Program-made: the position numbers and the translations under genes
Notes under the pieces: model-generated
Databases searched by the model: none
What the model was told of the DNA's origin: nothing
Seen by the model: the letters and a program-made list of their open reading frames with translations, nothing else
Source: Amoebophrya sp. A120
Lineage: Eukaryota; Protista; Dinoflagellata
Direction: 5' to 3'
DNA: 64,000 bases
Assembly (NCBI GenBank): GCA_905178155.1
Contig: CAJINV010000004.1
Coordinates: 4,938,619-5,002,618, forward strand
Shown here: positions 1 through 12,300 of the stretch, piece after piece
Layout: each line of letters opens with the position of its first letter
How positions within the stretch are numbered: the first letter of the stretch is position 1

Positions 1-37
1 TGGCGCTTCAACTGGAGTCGTTTTTTTGCATTACAAA

Positions 38-1733
38 TTATTTCGATTTCCACTTTGAGGATTTCCATTCTGAGGCTGTCATATCCCAGTCGACTTTCAG
101 CCACGCGTCCATCTTATCAAATGCAATTATGTCTGTGTCTGGAAGGTTGCAACTTGTGATGCTATGTTTCGACTCTAAAAAGATTTGTATTGCATGACCA
201 GCAAGGGGAGCCCAGTTTTTGCTACGTGGGGAGGGCATTTGTCATGCGGAGCAGGCATCAGGAAGCCTTCTAAAAATCTGTGATGCTATGTCCCGCATTC
301 CAGACCTCATGGGTCATGGCAACCCTGCGTGACAAACTTGTATTCTTCCAGACCCAGACATATTTGCATTTGATACATCTTCCACAAGCACATCGCCGCG
401 CCAACAGAAATATCAAATGCAAAAATGTCTGGGTCTGGAAGATTCGGGGAGTTTGTCATGCACAACTGTACATGACCCAAAATGCCTGTGATGCATGCTG
501 TAGCATCACAGTTCTCGCAAAGCCTTGGTAATGCCTATTCTGCATGAGAAATGCCCTCTCCGAGTGGCAAAAATTCAAGCAGCTTTTGCTGCTCATGCAA
601 TACAGATTTTTCTATCGTCTACAGGTAGCATCACAAATCCCATTCTTTCCAGACCCAGACATTTTTGCAATCCATACGTGATCGTCGAAAGCATAAAGAC
701 CACAAAGAACTGACAGGGTAAAATGGCATACTCGAACCACAACCGGGGAAACGCGTCGAATTGGTAGGTGAGGAGGTGTATCAAGTGTAAAAATGTTTGG
801 GTCTGGAAGAGTGCAGACTTGTCATGCACATTTTCCATGACCCATGAGGTCTGGAGTGCGGGACCTAGCACGACACATTCTGTGAGGCCTCTACCATGCC
901 TATCCTGCATGAGAAACCGCCTCCCAACTTGGTCAAAAGTGAACAGCTTTTGGCACTCATGCAACACAGATTTTTGCATGCTTCAGATTTACCATGACAA
1001 GTTGCCACCTTCCAGACCCAGACATTTTTGCAATGCATAAGGTAGATGCCGAGGTAGGTCAACACGAAGATCAAATACACGCAGAGCGGAACGGTCCGGG
1101 TATCAAATGCAAATGTGTCTGGGTCTGGAAACTTGTGATGCTGGGTGGCGTATCATGAGGAGGCAACAAGTGCTGGTGCAGCATGACAAGTTTCAGAGCT
1201 TCCAGGTGTTGCCTATTCAGCATGACAAACCACGTTTCTGCATGGCAGAAAAGTGAGGCTCTTGGGTAACGTGCATGACAGATTTAAGAGTCATGCCAGA
1301 CAAGCATGACAAACATGCATTCTGCCAGACCCAGACATTTTTGCAGTTGATACCGGGCAAGCAATGCCAACGTCGTTCCGGAGGAGACGGATTGGGGAGA
1401 GAGAAGTTCTTGTCCTTGATGTAGCTGTGGTTGGTGACCAACTGCATGATGTTGAGCGTGGTCATAGTACTCAACATGTTGCTTGAGCTTGCTCTCCTGC
1501 ACCACGCCTGCAGTTGATGTACTACTTTGTGGGGGCGTGGACGTCGCATAGAAGTCCGCCTTCGACGTTGTGCCCTGGCTGCGACGCCGGAGGTCCACCT
1601 TCGACGTTGTGCCCTGTTTCATCTTCTGTTGGGATGGTCGTGAAGAACTTTGCAGCTGCCAGAAGTGCGTCGACGTATTTTCAATGCGACTGCGAGGACG
1701 AGCGGTAGGAACTACGGCAGGCACAGGGCGCAA
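38..1733 (-). CDS. Small multi-pass membrane protein, hypothetical; 5' end unresolved (possible upstream exon 1861-1986)
   Basis: Removing four elements plus 5 nt each joins the exons in one frame: ...GTTLALLARTVPLCVYLIFVLTYLGIYLLTYQFDAFPRLWFEYAILPCQFFVVFMLSTITVGAAMCLWKMDAWLKVDW...KSK*. Two hydrophobic segments. Confidence 0.7.
115..375. mobile_element. Introner family A (261 bp)
   Basis: TIR TATCAAATGCAA..TGTCTG(G/T)GTCTGGAAG at both ends; direct repeat catct at 110-114 and 376-380. Confidence 0.92.
411..676. mobile_element. Introner family A (266 bp), degenerate direct repeat
   Basis: Family A TIRs. Flanks agaaa/cgtga are diverged, but element+5 nt removal restores the frame (ITVGAAM). 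Confidence 0.85.
779..1039. mobile_element. Introner family A (261 bp)
   Basis: Family A TIRs; direct repeat aggtg/aggta. Confidence 0.9.
1101..1352. mobile_element. Introner family A (252 bp)
   Basis: Family A TIRs; direct repeat ccggg; interior is the reverse complement of 15093-15344. Confidence 0.92.
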
Positions 1734-2688
1734 ACTTCAAGAGCGTCATGATGTAGATTTTCCCCATGGTAGTCTTCAGATGCAGATCGTCAAATAAATC
1801 GCACTTATACTTGATTGAACTACGACACAACGAACCTGAGGGGGATCAGATTCGTGTGACCTGCTTGAACAAAACATACGTCTCTACTACTTTTTTAGAA
1901 GAAACATTTTTCCGCAGAACTGCTGCAGGGTCAACTTCTGCTTCTGCATCCAATTCTACTCGTTTTCGCCGAAGAGTAAGGTTCATACATCGTGAAACGA
2001 AATGTTGTTCGAATGAAAATGGGAATGCCAGCGACACGAATGGAACCGGAAACGAGATGACGAAAGGAGCGACTTTTATTTCCTTCCAGACGAGGTTCCG
2101 AATCCGAAAATAGGATCACAGGCTCTATTCGTATTCATACCCACGACGACGACGACGACCCAGCATAGAAGACGACTACATCTTCACAACCGATTTTTTT
2201 TTTAGTTACTCTACCTAGTACCACGACAACTTACGTGCTGCTTCGTACAATTTCGTTAAGTCTGACGAGTACTACGAGATCTTGAATTATCTCGCTGCAA
2301 CTATCACATTAACATTTCCTATTCGTAGTTGTGTCGAATGAGTGAACTTTCATCACCAGCTCGAAACGAGTATAACTTTTTCACAACCGAGGAACACTGG
2401 ATTCGAATTTCCTTCAAGAACTATATGGGATCGTGATGACCAAATTTATTTTCCCAAATAATTCGACCGAAGTGCAAATTCAAAAAGTTTTTCTTGTCTT
2501 GTCCGAGCGAGTGCGAGATGCAGAAAAAGGGTATGATCTAGATCTGTTCTCTTCGCAACATTCTACTTCTTGTGTCGTTCTTGGGATTTCGGATGATGTG
2601 GACCATCTACGACCAGTCGCACTTGACCACGTGGGCGCCCTACTGTCCTCCTTCAGAATCTTTGCGACCACCAGGGGACGAGTCAATG

Positions 2689-5600
2689 TCACAGAAGTTT
2701 CTCCAGCTCTGCTCTGATCGCCTTCCCCGCTACCGAAGTAGATGAACTTGAACTACCTTGTTTGCTGCAATAATCAAGCGGCCGCTTCCCTGCGTGGTCC
2801 GTCAACAACAGTGCCTTCTTTGCCTCCTCCTTGCCGTATCAAGTGTAGAAATGTCTGGGTCTGGAAGATTCAACTCATCCTGTTTCTGCATGACACAGAA
2901 GGTCTGGCATGGAAGCTCTAGCATCACAGATTTCGAGAAGCTTCCGCATCAATGCCGAATCCGCATGACAAGTCACCTATTTTGCTGACAGAAAGTGGGG
3001 AGCTTTAGCTTTTGCTACCTATGCATGAGAGATTTTTGTGTGTTCTGAAATGCGCATCACAGGTTACATCCTTCCAGACCCAGACATTTGTACATTTGAT
3101 ATGCCGCACTTCTTGACAAGAAATTTGACCGCGGCAAGCTGATCCAGCTCGATCGCGACGGTTAGGGCGGATTGCTTCGATGCCGGGTCGGGTTTCAGCA
3201 AGAACTTGCTGGTCGACGTCGTGGCTCCACCACCTCCCATCCGCAATACCAGGTCGAGGTGCGAAACGCCGCCGGCGTCATCTCCGGAATTGTCTTCATG
3301 CTCATGGTCCTTGCGCACAGCCACGCACGGCAGGTACGAAGCGCGGGTTTGCAGTAACTGGCCCATGCCGACGAGGAGCGGGTTGAACTCTGATGGAATT
3401 ATATATGTGGTGTTGGTTTGAAGATCATTGTAGGCATGGTTCTTCAGAGATTTTTTCAAACTACAGGGCATCTAGGGCAAACTTCAAGCAGGAAAGGCCA
3501 CAACGACAAAATCAATTTACCAGTTTCACTGGATAACAGAACGCGAGTCATTCGCTCCAAGCGCTGTAAATGACGAAACAGGAACAGCCTACAAAAAACG
3601 TCTAGTTAGGTTACCTTTCCACTCCTTCACCGGCAAGAACTTCTCTAGCTGCTTTCTGGTGTCTTCCGGCGTTTTCGCGTTTTTCGTCCATCCGATAAAA
3701 TCGCAGATCCGATGAATGTGTGCGTCCACACAGATGCCGCTGTCGTAAACCCCGAAGGCCTCCTGCAAGACGAGAAAGGCCATTTTCGGCCCGACGCCCG
3801 GGAGTTTGAGGAGTTTTTCCAGGTTGTTCGGCACTTTGCCATTGTATTCTTTTACGAGAATTTCGCTCGTCGCTTTCAAATATGAACTGCAAAAGTATCC
3901 GTATCGTACTCGTATAAATGCATGACCCTCAGCATGAGAAATAAAATTTGTACTGCGGATTTACCTTGAGAAAAAAATTAAAATTTGTAATGCATGCAAG
4001 TACGATGCTTTGCAATACGAGTACGATACTTTTGCACAAGATATCAAATTTTTCGCCTTTGTCGCGTGCATCCCGACCATCTTGATCGCGGTGTCGATTT
4101 GATCAATGGAGTAGTTTTCTGCTACTGTTTTCGGGGATAGGATTCCTTTTCCCAAAGATTTCAGGTTTCTCACGGCTTCGGCCGTGTACTGGTCCTTTGT
4201 CAGAGCATACTATCCACGGTAAACTTCCCAGCACACACGTAGAAATCATGTACATCTAAAGTAAAACTCAATGGCGGTCCTGCATGACAAAACTCGCCGT
4301 CAATCGTCTTGCGCATGACAAGTGGAACTCTACTTCAAGCTGGCCGCGAAATTTGTCATGCATTTTGTACGTGTACGGGAAGATTGTATTGCATACAGAC
4401 AGCATCGCCGCAACGAGATGGTGAAACGCCATGTCCGGAGAGTCCCGGTCCGCAAGCATATTGCACCCGATCACGTCTTATGAAATGCAGCAAAAGTGTC
4501 TGGGTCTGGAAACTTGTAATGCTGGGTTGGGAAGAGTGAATGCTCTGCAATGCACAGCCCAGCATGAGAAATATTTGTGTGGCTTAGTGTAGTGCTTTCG
4601 CTTTCCGCATGACAAAGTCCGTTTTGCATGACAAGCCAGAGGGTCTCTTCTTGGACACGCATCACAAGCTCTTCAGTCATGCTAGACAAGCATGACAAAC
4701 CTTGCATCCTTCCAGACCCAGACATATTTGCAATCCATACGTCGACGTCGGCGATCTTTTCGAACCGGAGATTCTTCATCAGCTGCAAGGTCTTCTGCCA
4801 ATTTTTCGGGCCGGAAGAGCAAGTCGAAGAAGGAATTTTATCATTTTTCGGTCGTTTGGAGGTCGTGGTACTTAGGACAAGGCTGCTCTTCATCGCAGTA
4901 CTCTTTTTCATAGCCACCGAAGACGCTGTGGTCGTCTTGCTTTTTAGTTTCGCAGGCTTTGAAGCACCCGTGGCTTGTTGAATCTTAGTCTTCTTCATCG
5001 CGTGCGAGGGTGCTTTTGCTTTTGCCCTCGACGCTGCCGAAGATGAAGCCAAAGCCAATGTCGACGAAACTGCAGTTTTCCTCTTTATGTCGTCCTTCGG
5101 CGAGACTTGGGGGTTGCCTAACTTAGTTCTCCTAACGCCGCTCCCCGTTTCTTTACCAGCTGCCGCAGCTTTCCGCACCACAGTCACTGACGTTTTCTTT
5201 TTGTTCTTCTTGCCGGCTGCGACTTTTACTTTAGAAGCTGCTACGGTGCCTACCTTCCTACCGACTTCCGTCTTCTTCTCCTTCTTCGCGGCAACCGATC
5301 TCGATGAGGACACGGCCGGCCTTGGTGCAGCGGCAACAGCAGCAACTTTACCGTCACGCGGAGGCTTTTTGCTCAGGACGAGATCATCGAGAAGTTTCTT
5401 GCAATCTGCAGAAATGTCAGTGCCACTTAGTTTTCGCGCTGACAGCGCGTCAGTTGGTACCAATTTGCTGCTGATCGCCGCCGACCGAAGTCCACCTGCC
5501 CGAAGAGAGCCTGCTGTGTGCGCTGTAATGGGTCGTACAAGAGATTTCTTCACCACCCGTCCCGTTTTCATCGACGCGGACACCGCCTTCATCGCGACAC

Positions 5601-5703
5601 CACGAGAAACACCAGTAGATTTCTTCTTCTTAACACCACTGACCAGATTGTTTTTCGACATCGACGGGCCGCTCATTCTTTTATCGGCTTGGCCTCGTAC
5701 CAT
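2689..5703 (-). CDS. NTH1: Endonuclease III (Nth/NTHL1-like HhH-GPD DNA glycosylase) with long Lys-rich N-terminus and C-terminal ankyrin-like repeat
   Basis: Spliced motifs ADVDVIGC, FHHLVAAMLS..TKD, KAKNLK, LLKLPGVGPKMAFL (HhH), GICVDAHIHRI, TPEDTRKQLE, NPLLVGMGQ. Exons approx 4740-5703, 4397-4478, 4044-4209, 3615-3880, 3102-3389, 2689-2836. Confidence 0.9.
2837..3101. mobile_element. Introner family A (265 bp)
   Basis: Family A TIRs; direct repeat tgccg. Confidence 0.92.
3881..4043. mobile_element. Introner family B (163 bp)
   Basis: TIR TAT-N4-TGCAAAAGTATCGTACTCGTA (left end has a small duplication); direct repeat tcaaa; removal gives KAKNLKATSEIL. Confidence 0.92.
4479..4739. mobile_element. 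Introner family A (261 bp)
   Basis: Family A TIRs; direct repeat cgtct/cgtcg; removal gives ADVDVIGC. Confidence 0.92.
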
Positions 5704-6368
5704 GATGAAGATGAAGACGAACTCGAATTGAGAAACAAATCAAAAACAGAAAGAGAAACAAGTATAGCGTGTGTAAATTATTTTGTAAGGCACAACTGAA
5801 CTACAACTAGTGCGACAAGTTGGACGGCATCATCAAGACCTAGAAGAAAAGAAGGTAGTGACTCACTCCGCTTTCCCCCACAATTTTCTACTTACGATCA
5901 AAGTCTACGTAACTAGGGTAACGATAAAGGAAATAAGGTGAAGCAGAAATGGAACAACAGACAGGTCAAGAGTGTTGTATAAAAGTGCGTGGGGCCGAAC
6001 CACAGACCAGACGACGTGGCAACAATTTATTCTTATTCAAGCACCCTGCTCTGAAGTTTATTTTGCTGGTCTTTATGGAGAATCGCAATCGGGTGTAATT
6101 GATCCAATCTACGACTGCTGCACGCATTGATGTAGGGTCGTGATGCTTCATCTCAATTCTTGGAAAATTCAAGCACCAAACTGGTTACCAGGAGACCCAA
6201 GACATCTTCTTGAACTTGGACTTGATGCTGTGCAAAAAATGTAAAAACGAAGTAGGGAGCTGGTCTCGTCGCACGCTGTTCTTGTTAGACTGATACAGAT
6301 TTGATGCTGTTGGCACGACAAGCCCAAGTAAGAATACGTTCTTTAGAGTTCCTTATAATTTCGTATCC

Positions 6369-9300
6369 CTACTTATCCACAACACTCTCGTCCTTGTCTT
6401 CCACTTTCTCCCCGGAAGCAGGTGAAGAAAGCAGAAGTGCATTTTTCTCCCGGTTTTTGTATTCCGCCGCCAATGTTTTCCACTCCTCAGACTCCGCTTT
6501 TCTAACCAGATCCTCGAAAAAAACCTGAACGCGCATCCCGTAGTACCGTTTGCTGTCGTCTTTTTCTCTTTTGACCTCCGTCAACAACTGGAACCTGGCG
6601 AGATACCTGTCCCACAGATGTTCTTCTTGAGCGGCTCCTTTTTGTTGCCCCTTTCCTTGGTTTTCCATCCCGTCCTCCTGAGCAGATGACGACATGCACT
6701 GCAGCGCAAACCCAACGGTTTTCAAAAGCATTCTCGCGGCGTCGAGCCCATCCTCGCGCGGAAGGTTGTTATTTTCTTCTTTCAACACAACTGCTGGCAC
6801 TGTCATGTGCAGCAAATCATCCAAAATATCCGTGATCGCTTTCAAGGGGACGAGGTCCTTCAAAAACAGCTCACCAACGAACCGCAGATGGTTGCTTACT
6901 CACGGACCGCCCGTGATCAGAGGGGGTCTGGAAATGCCTCAGGAATGCTCCAGGAATCTGCTCAGAAATGTCCCGACTTTGCATATATCGCCGCGCATCG
7001 GAGTCATCGTCTTGGTCGCTTCCATACGTCGCGCATCACTGATGCGCGACACGATGAGCACGCCATAGCAACGGAAGGACGGGCCACGGGAATTATCTGC
7101 GCCGTCCTGGACAACCTACATGGGCGGACCGCCGGCCGGCGCGAAGATTGGGCGCGGGCAATAGACCCAAAACCACAGACCCGGCGAACCCCCGGGGCGC
7201 GCGCCCTACGCCACCACGCTGCAAAACTGAAGCGCATGCCGCTCGCGTCACACACGTGACACGATGGCGCCACGGTTCGGAAAAACGGGGAGCGCCCCTC
7301 GGAGGGTGTTGCGCGCTGGTTAGGACAAAGGTTGTCGCCCAGCGCGCAAAGCTGGTGGCCGGCTGGCAATCCGTGCGACGGCTGGTGGCCGGCCGACAGG
7401 GCGCGCATGCGAGCGCGCGGCCCACAAAGTGCGGCCCGCCCGTCCCTCCGAGCACGCGCCGCGGCCTGCGTCTTTTGCGCGGGCCGTGTTTCCTAATTTC
7501 TTTCTGCGAAAATACAAACCAGCTCCAGCGCGCCGGCGCGCCTTTGCTTGTGCGCTTGTAAGAAACACGCCAAGCAGGTTTCCTTGGGGAAAACCGAGAG
7601 GGGCCCTGGCTTCTTCCCCCCAATATGATTTCCCTGAAGAAAGAAAAACCGGGCCCAACCCTCCCACCCAACATCCCCGAATCGGCGGCCTTTCCCTGGG
7701 TGCCCAGCTAGGTAGCGCGCCGGGCCAGCGGCCTGCCCCTGCAAAAGCACACACCGGGCCGCCTACCATCAACGCAGTGCGGTAGGTGTCGCCGGCCAAG
7801 GTCGCACGCGACAGCTGCGGCGCGCGAAGCTTCTACATCCTGAGCCCGGCGGCCGGGCCGGCCGGGCTTCCACCGCCCTGCTCTTTACCCGCAAAAACCT
7901 GCGCAATCTTGCGCCGGACCCTCCGCCCACCACAGTTCTTCGCCCCTTCATTCGCTGCGTGCTCACTTGCCGCGCCCAAATCCCGAAGACCTGCCCGAAA
8001 CGCCGGCCGCCCATTCCGGCCCCCCTCCGTCGGACCGGCCGACAATATTCACGCGCCCAGTCTTAGCAATCGGCCTGGGCGTGCTCTGCAGGACATCCGT
8101 CCGGGATATGAGAAGCGCGAGGAGCGCTCTGGGCCTGCTCTGTAGATCACTCCGCAACTGCTCTGGAGATGCCGCGGCCTTGCAACATAACACCGGAAGA
8201 GGTGGCAATACTGCCGCGCCGCGGATCTTCTTCGCAGTTTCGCGGAAATTTCGACCCTTTGCAGCCTTCACGCAAAGGCACCTTTTTCACGGGATCGGAC
8301 TCGTTCGCCACGGCGCAACGGCCCGCGCGCGAGATCGATGGAAACAATCTCGGACGGATTTGCCATCGATTCCCTCGCTCTCGGGTGGCTGTGGCGATCG
8401 TTATGAACTTGATCCGTGCGGCAATTTTTGCCGAATTTATGAAACGAATAAGGAGCATCCTGCAAAGCTGAAAAAAAACAATCAAGGGCACTGCGAAACC
8501 CGCGAAAAAGCAACACCAAGAAAAGCCGAAACGCGGAAAACCGTGGCGCCATTTCTGCTATTGGGGAAAAAATGTCGCGGCTTTTGCATTTTTCTTCTTC
8601 AGGAAAAAACCTGAAAGCGTTTGCATTTTTTTCCTTCAGGGAAAAACCCAAAAAAGTTCGCGCGATTTTCTTTTAGAAAAAAAACAAAAAAGCTGCGCGC
8701 GATTTTCTATAAGAAAAAAACCGAAAAAGTTGCGCGCGATTTTCTATAACAAAAAAACCCAAAAAGCTGCGCGCGATTTTCTAAAGGCCAGAAATGTGGA
8801 AAATCGCCGACCTGATCGGTCTCATACCATCGGGGGAAGGCAGAAAACCTGGCCCGTCTTCGGTTTTGGTTTTTTTACATCGGGGAATCGCGCGCGACTT
8901 TTTTGGGTTTTTTTGTGATAGAAAATCGCGCGCAACTTTTTTGGTTTTTTTCTAAAAGAAAATCGCGCGCAACTTTTTTGGTTTTTTTCTAAAAGAAAAT
9001 CGCGCGAACTTTTTTGGGTTTTTCCCTGAAGGAAAAAAATGCAAACGCTCTCAGGTTTTTTCCTGATGGAGAAAAATGCGAAGGCCTCGACATTTTTCCT
9101 CCCTTTACAGAAATGCGGCACCCGGTAGCGCGTGTGGCTTCGCTTTCGCCTTTTTTTTTGGCCTACTTTCTTGGCCCGGTCCTTTCAATTTTTTCGCTTC
9201 ATTCGCGGTCTTTTTACTACCGTAGCTCGATTCACATTCGCCATGATTCTGATTCTCATTCGCGACGTTTCTGATTCTGAGTCACAACGTGTGGCCCCCA

Positions 9301-12300
9301 CAAGCCAAATAGCTTACAACATGTGGCCTCCACAGGCCAAGTAGAGTTTTGCTCTACGCAATATCTACAACGGGTCAGCTGTAATCGGGGCGCTGAAGCT
9401 CGTCAACGCACATCATCGTCGGACTCTGGGTCTGACACGGGGGCCGCGTTCGCGAACTCCGGCGGCTGCTGCTTCATCCGGCTGCCGGCCGCCGCTCTCG
9501 TTGGTGAAGGGGGCGCCTAAGTCGTGCCGAGGGAGAGGAGCGGCGCCACACATGGCGCCAGTGGCTGCGCCAATGAGTTAAGCAGCCCCATTAACTTCAT
9601 GCGGTTCGGCTTTGCCTATAAGCCGCTGCAAGGCCTTCGCCGGCACTTGCATCGAAGCAAGGCCAACACGGCCCGCGCGGGGGCGCCAGCCTGGCTGTCG
9701 GCCGGCGGCCGGTCCGGCTGGCAGAAGCCAGGAAGGGCCCGCGGGCTGAGGCAGGCCTTCGCCCCAGGTCTAAGACTGCCTTGGATGCCAATCATAGACA
9801 CACACACGCGGCAGCGCCCTGGGCTTGGGCGGTAGAAGCGAAGGGAAACTGACTGAAGCAATTCTGCTTGCCACCAAACCACCCAAGACCAGCAAGAGAC
9901 GAGGAAAAACGAAGCCGGGTCCGCCCGTGTCACGCGCGTGACACGGTGGCCCTGTGATCTAGAGAAGCAGGGCAAAATCCCCCTCGCGCCAAGGGGCGCG
10001 CCTGCGCATGCGAAAGCAATGCGCCACGACAATGGGCTGACGAAGCGCCCGGCTGTGGCCAAGCGGCGCCGGCAGGCGGCCAACGAATGGGAGGCCGGCA
10101 GTTGGTTGCCCTCCCGGGTGAGGCCGGCCATGCCGGCCGCCCACAAGGGAGGAGGGCCAGAATAGCAGTCCGCCGCGCAGAAAGCAAGGCCGGGCCCGTG
10201 CCTTGCTGCCAAAGAAACAAAGAAAGGAACAGCGGCAAGGCCAGCGCACTGCCTTCTTACAGAGGCAGCCCCGCTGAAGGCCTCAACCTGTCAGAGCAGG
10301 CACTGAACCGCCGGGGCGGCGGAAATGCAGGGGCAGACGCGGCGCCTGCAATGCTTCGTACCGGGCTGCGGACAAGACGCCGGCGCGCCTGCGACAAAAC
10401 GAAAGGAAGCGGGCACAGATAGGCCCGACACAAGTGTGGCGCTGCGGCACTTCGCGTCCATATATGCAAGGGAAGGCCGGCAAAAGGATAAGGGGCAAAC
10501 GGGCGGCGCCCGAACGTCAACGCCAGCCGCGGCCCGCATTGCGCGCCACAAAAATGCGCCAAATACGGCAGCGGGCGCCGCGTCTCGAGGAAGCTGCTTT
10601 GCGATGGCCCGGCTCGACGCCTTGCGTGCCCCTCTTCCCTGCAACCACAACGAGGGGCGCCGGCGTTGTGGGAATTGCCTCCGCCTTACATTCCCGAGGC
10701 CATTTCTGAGACATTTTTAAAGATGACGGGATCACGGGCGTGGCAGTGCATAAGTTGCTCGAGAACGTTGACGCGCAACGCTTATCCTGTGCAAAAGTAT
10801 CGCACTCGTTTCGTAGTAATCGCAATTATGCATGACAAGTCGCCTTCCTAAGCTAAAACAGCATGACAAATTCATTTGTCATGCTAGGGAAATTTCAATT
10901 TGTAATGCAATTTATACTAGTACGATACTTTTGCATTTCATACCGCTGTCGCTGCGGGTAGATTTGGTGTTGGTCTTCCGACGAGCCAAACCATAGATAC
11001 CGCCCACTCAGAAGCCGCGTGGAGGAGGTGGTGCTCGTGTCCGCATGAAGATGATTTTTACTGTCTTTCTTCCAGTAGGCCAGGTCTCGCATTTCTTTCG
11101 TGAAATCGTACTGCTCTTGTAAGGCGGTCATCAGCAGCTCTCGGAACAAGGTCACGGCAGGAGCGGGAGTACTAGAGTTGTCTTTCGTATTACTGGGCAA
11201 CAAATCTTGGATGGAAAAGAACGTCAATTCCGGAAGCCGTTTTTTCCAAACGTGATCCAACAGTACAACGTACAGCTGCACAAACGACGTGCCAAATTCA
11301 AAAACTCTTTCCTTCGTCGTCGATTCGTACATCGCTTGGGCACAAAACATGCGCGCGAGGGTCTGCAAATCCGCTTGTGTTTTGATTGCCAAATTAGCGA
11401 CGTCTTCGCTTTGCAGGAGTTTCTGCAAATTACTCACCGACACCTTGTTTAAAATCACCTGCAATTGCCGGTCCAGAGTGGTCGGCGGGGGCCGCGTTGC
11501 TGTGTTCTTTGAATTTGTTCCATTTGTTCCCTGCGCTTTTGGTTTTTGTTTTTTTCCTCGTTTCCTGATGTAATGTTCCTTATCCTTGACGCGACTCGCG
11601 TCTTCTGCTGGCGATGATGATGATTTACTAGCCGATAAAGCTGTAGACGTCGCAGTAGCAGTTACTTCTTGTTTTTGTTTGTCCCGCACCTCGGAACTAC
11701 CGGACGAAGTGGCTTCCGCTTTTTTTCCGGCATTTTGAGTTTTATTGCCTTTTCCACTGGGTGTTCCGTTTTTCGACATCTTCCAATGGGGCTGCTGTTG
11801 ATCCGCGTAGTACGGGGAGGCGCTGTGCTTGCCTTTCTTCCCAGAAGAAATGCCTGGAAGGAAATATGTAGTTTGTAGTTCCGGATAAAGATGATGAGCA
11901 GGCGCCGCTGGAACAACATATGGAAGTTGATATGCATATGCTTCTTCGCCTTGATGATAGTACCCGCCGTAGTAACCAGCAGTAGCAGCGGAGACAGCTC
12001 CAACATCGAGTCCCGGGCTTCGAGTCGGTGGTGCAAACCCTAGCGAAGCTGTAGCTCCCGTCCCGTCGGCAAAATTATACCAATCTGCGGTCGGCGGATA
12101 GAAGGTTGCTCCTGCCGGCTTTCCTAGCTGAGCGACATGGTCGTACTCGTAGCCTTTACCGAATGCTGACACATCACTTGCTTGCTGATCCGGCTTCCCG
12201 CCCTTTTTGCTCGAAGAGCAGCTCGTCTTCCCCGGAAGTTGATTTTTTCCGAGAGCAGGCACTCCTGCTGCGCCAAAAACTCCACCAGGGTCTGCTTTTT

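Noticed and set aside
280-1080. Short ORFs sharing KCKNVWVWK / FQTQTFLHL peptides, suggesting a protein family
   Set aside because: These are translations of the family A TIR, not genes
115-1352. Recurring ~30-bp repeat resembling a CRISPR array
   Set aside because: The copies are inverted pairs bounding 250-270 bp elements with 5-bp duplications inside eukaryotic exons; there are no cas genes
1554-1616. 39-bp-period duplication (QGTTSKVD/QGTTSKAD); also a ~29-bp duplication at 24163-24218
   Set aside because: Ordinary local slippage with no further structure
5087-5731. Long plus-strand ORFs (also 41756-42460, 46216-47061, 48423-49106)
   Set aside because: Antisense shadows of minus-strand coding exons
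7004-10720. ORFs inside the giant element as a possible transposase
   Set aside because: Arg/Pro/Ala/Gly-rich frames expected from high GC; no DDE or tyrosine-recombinase motif recognised
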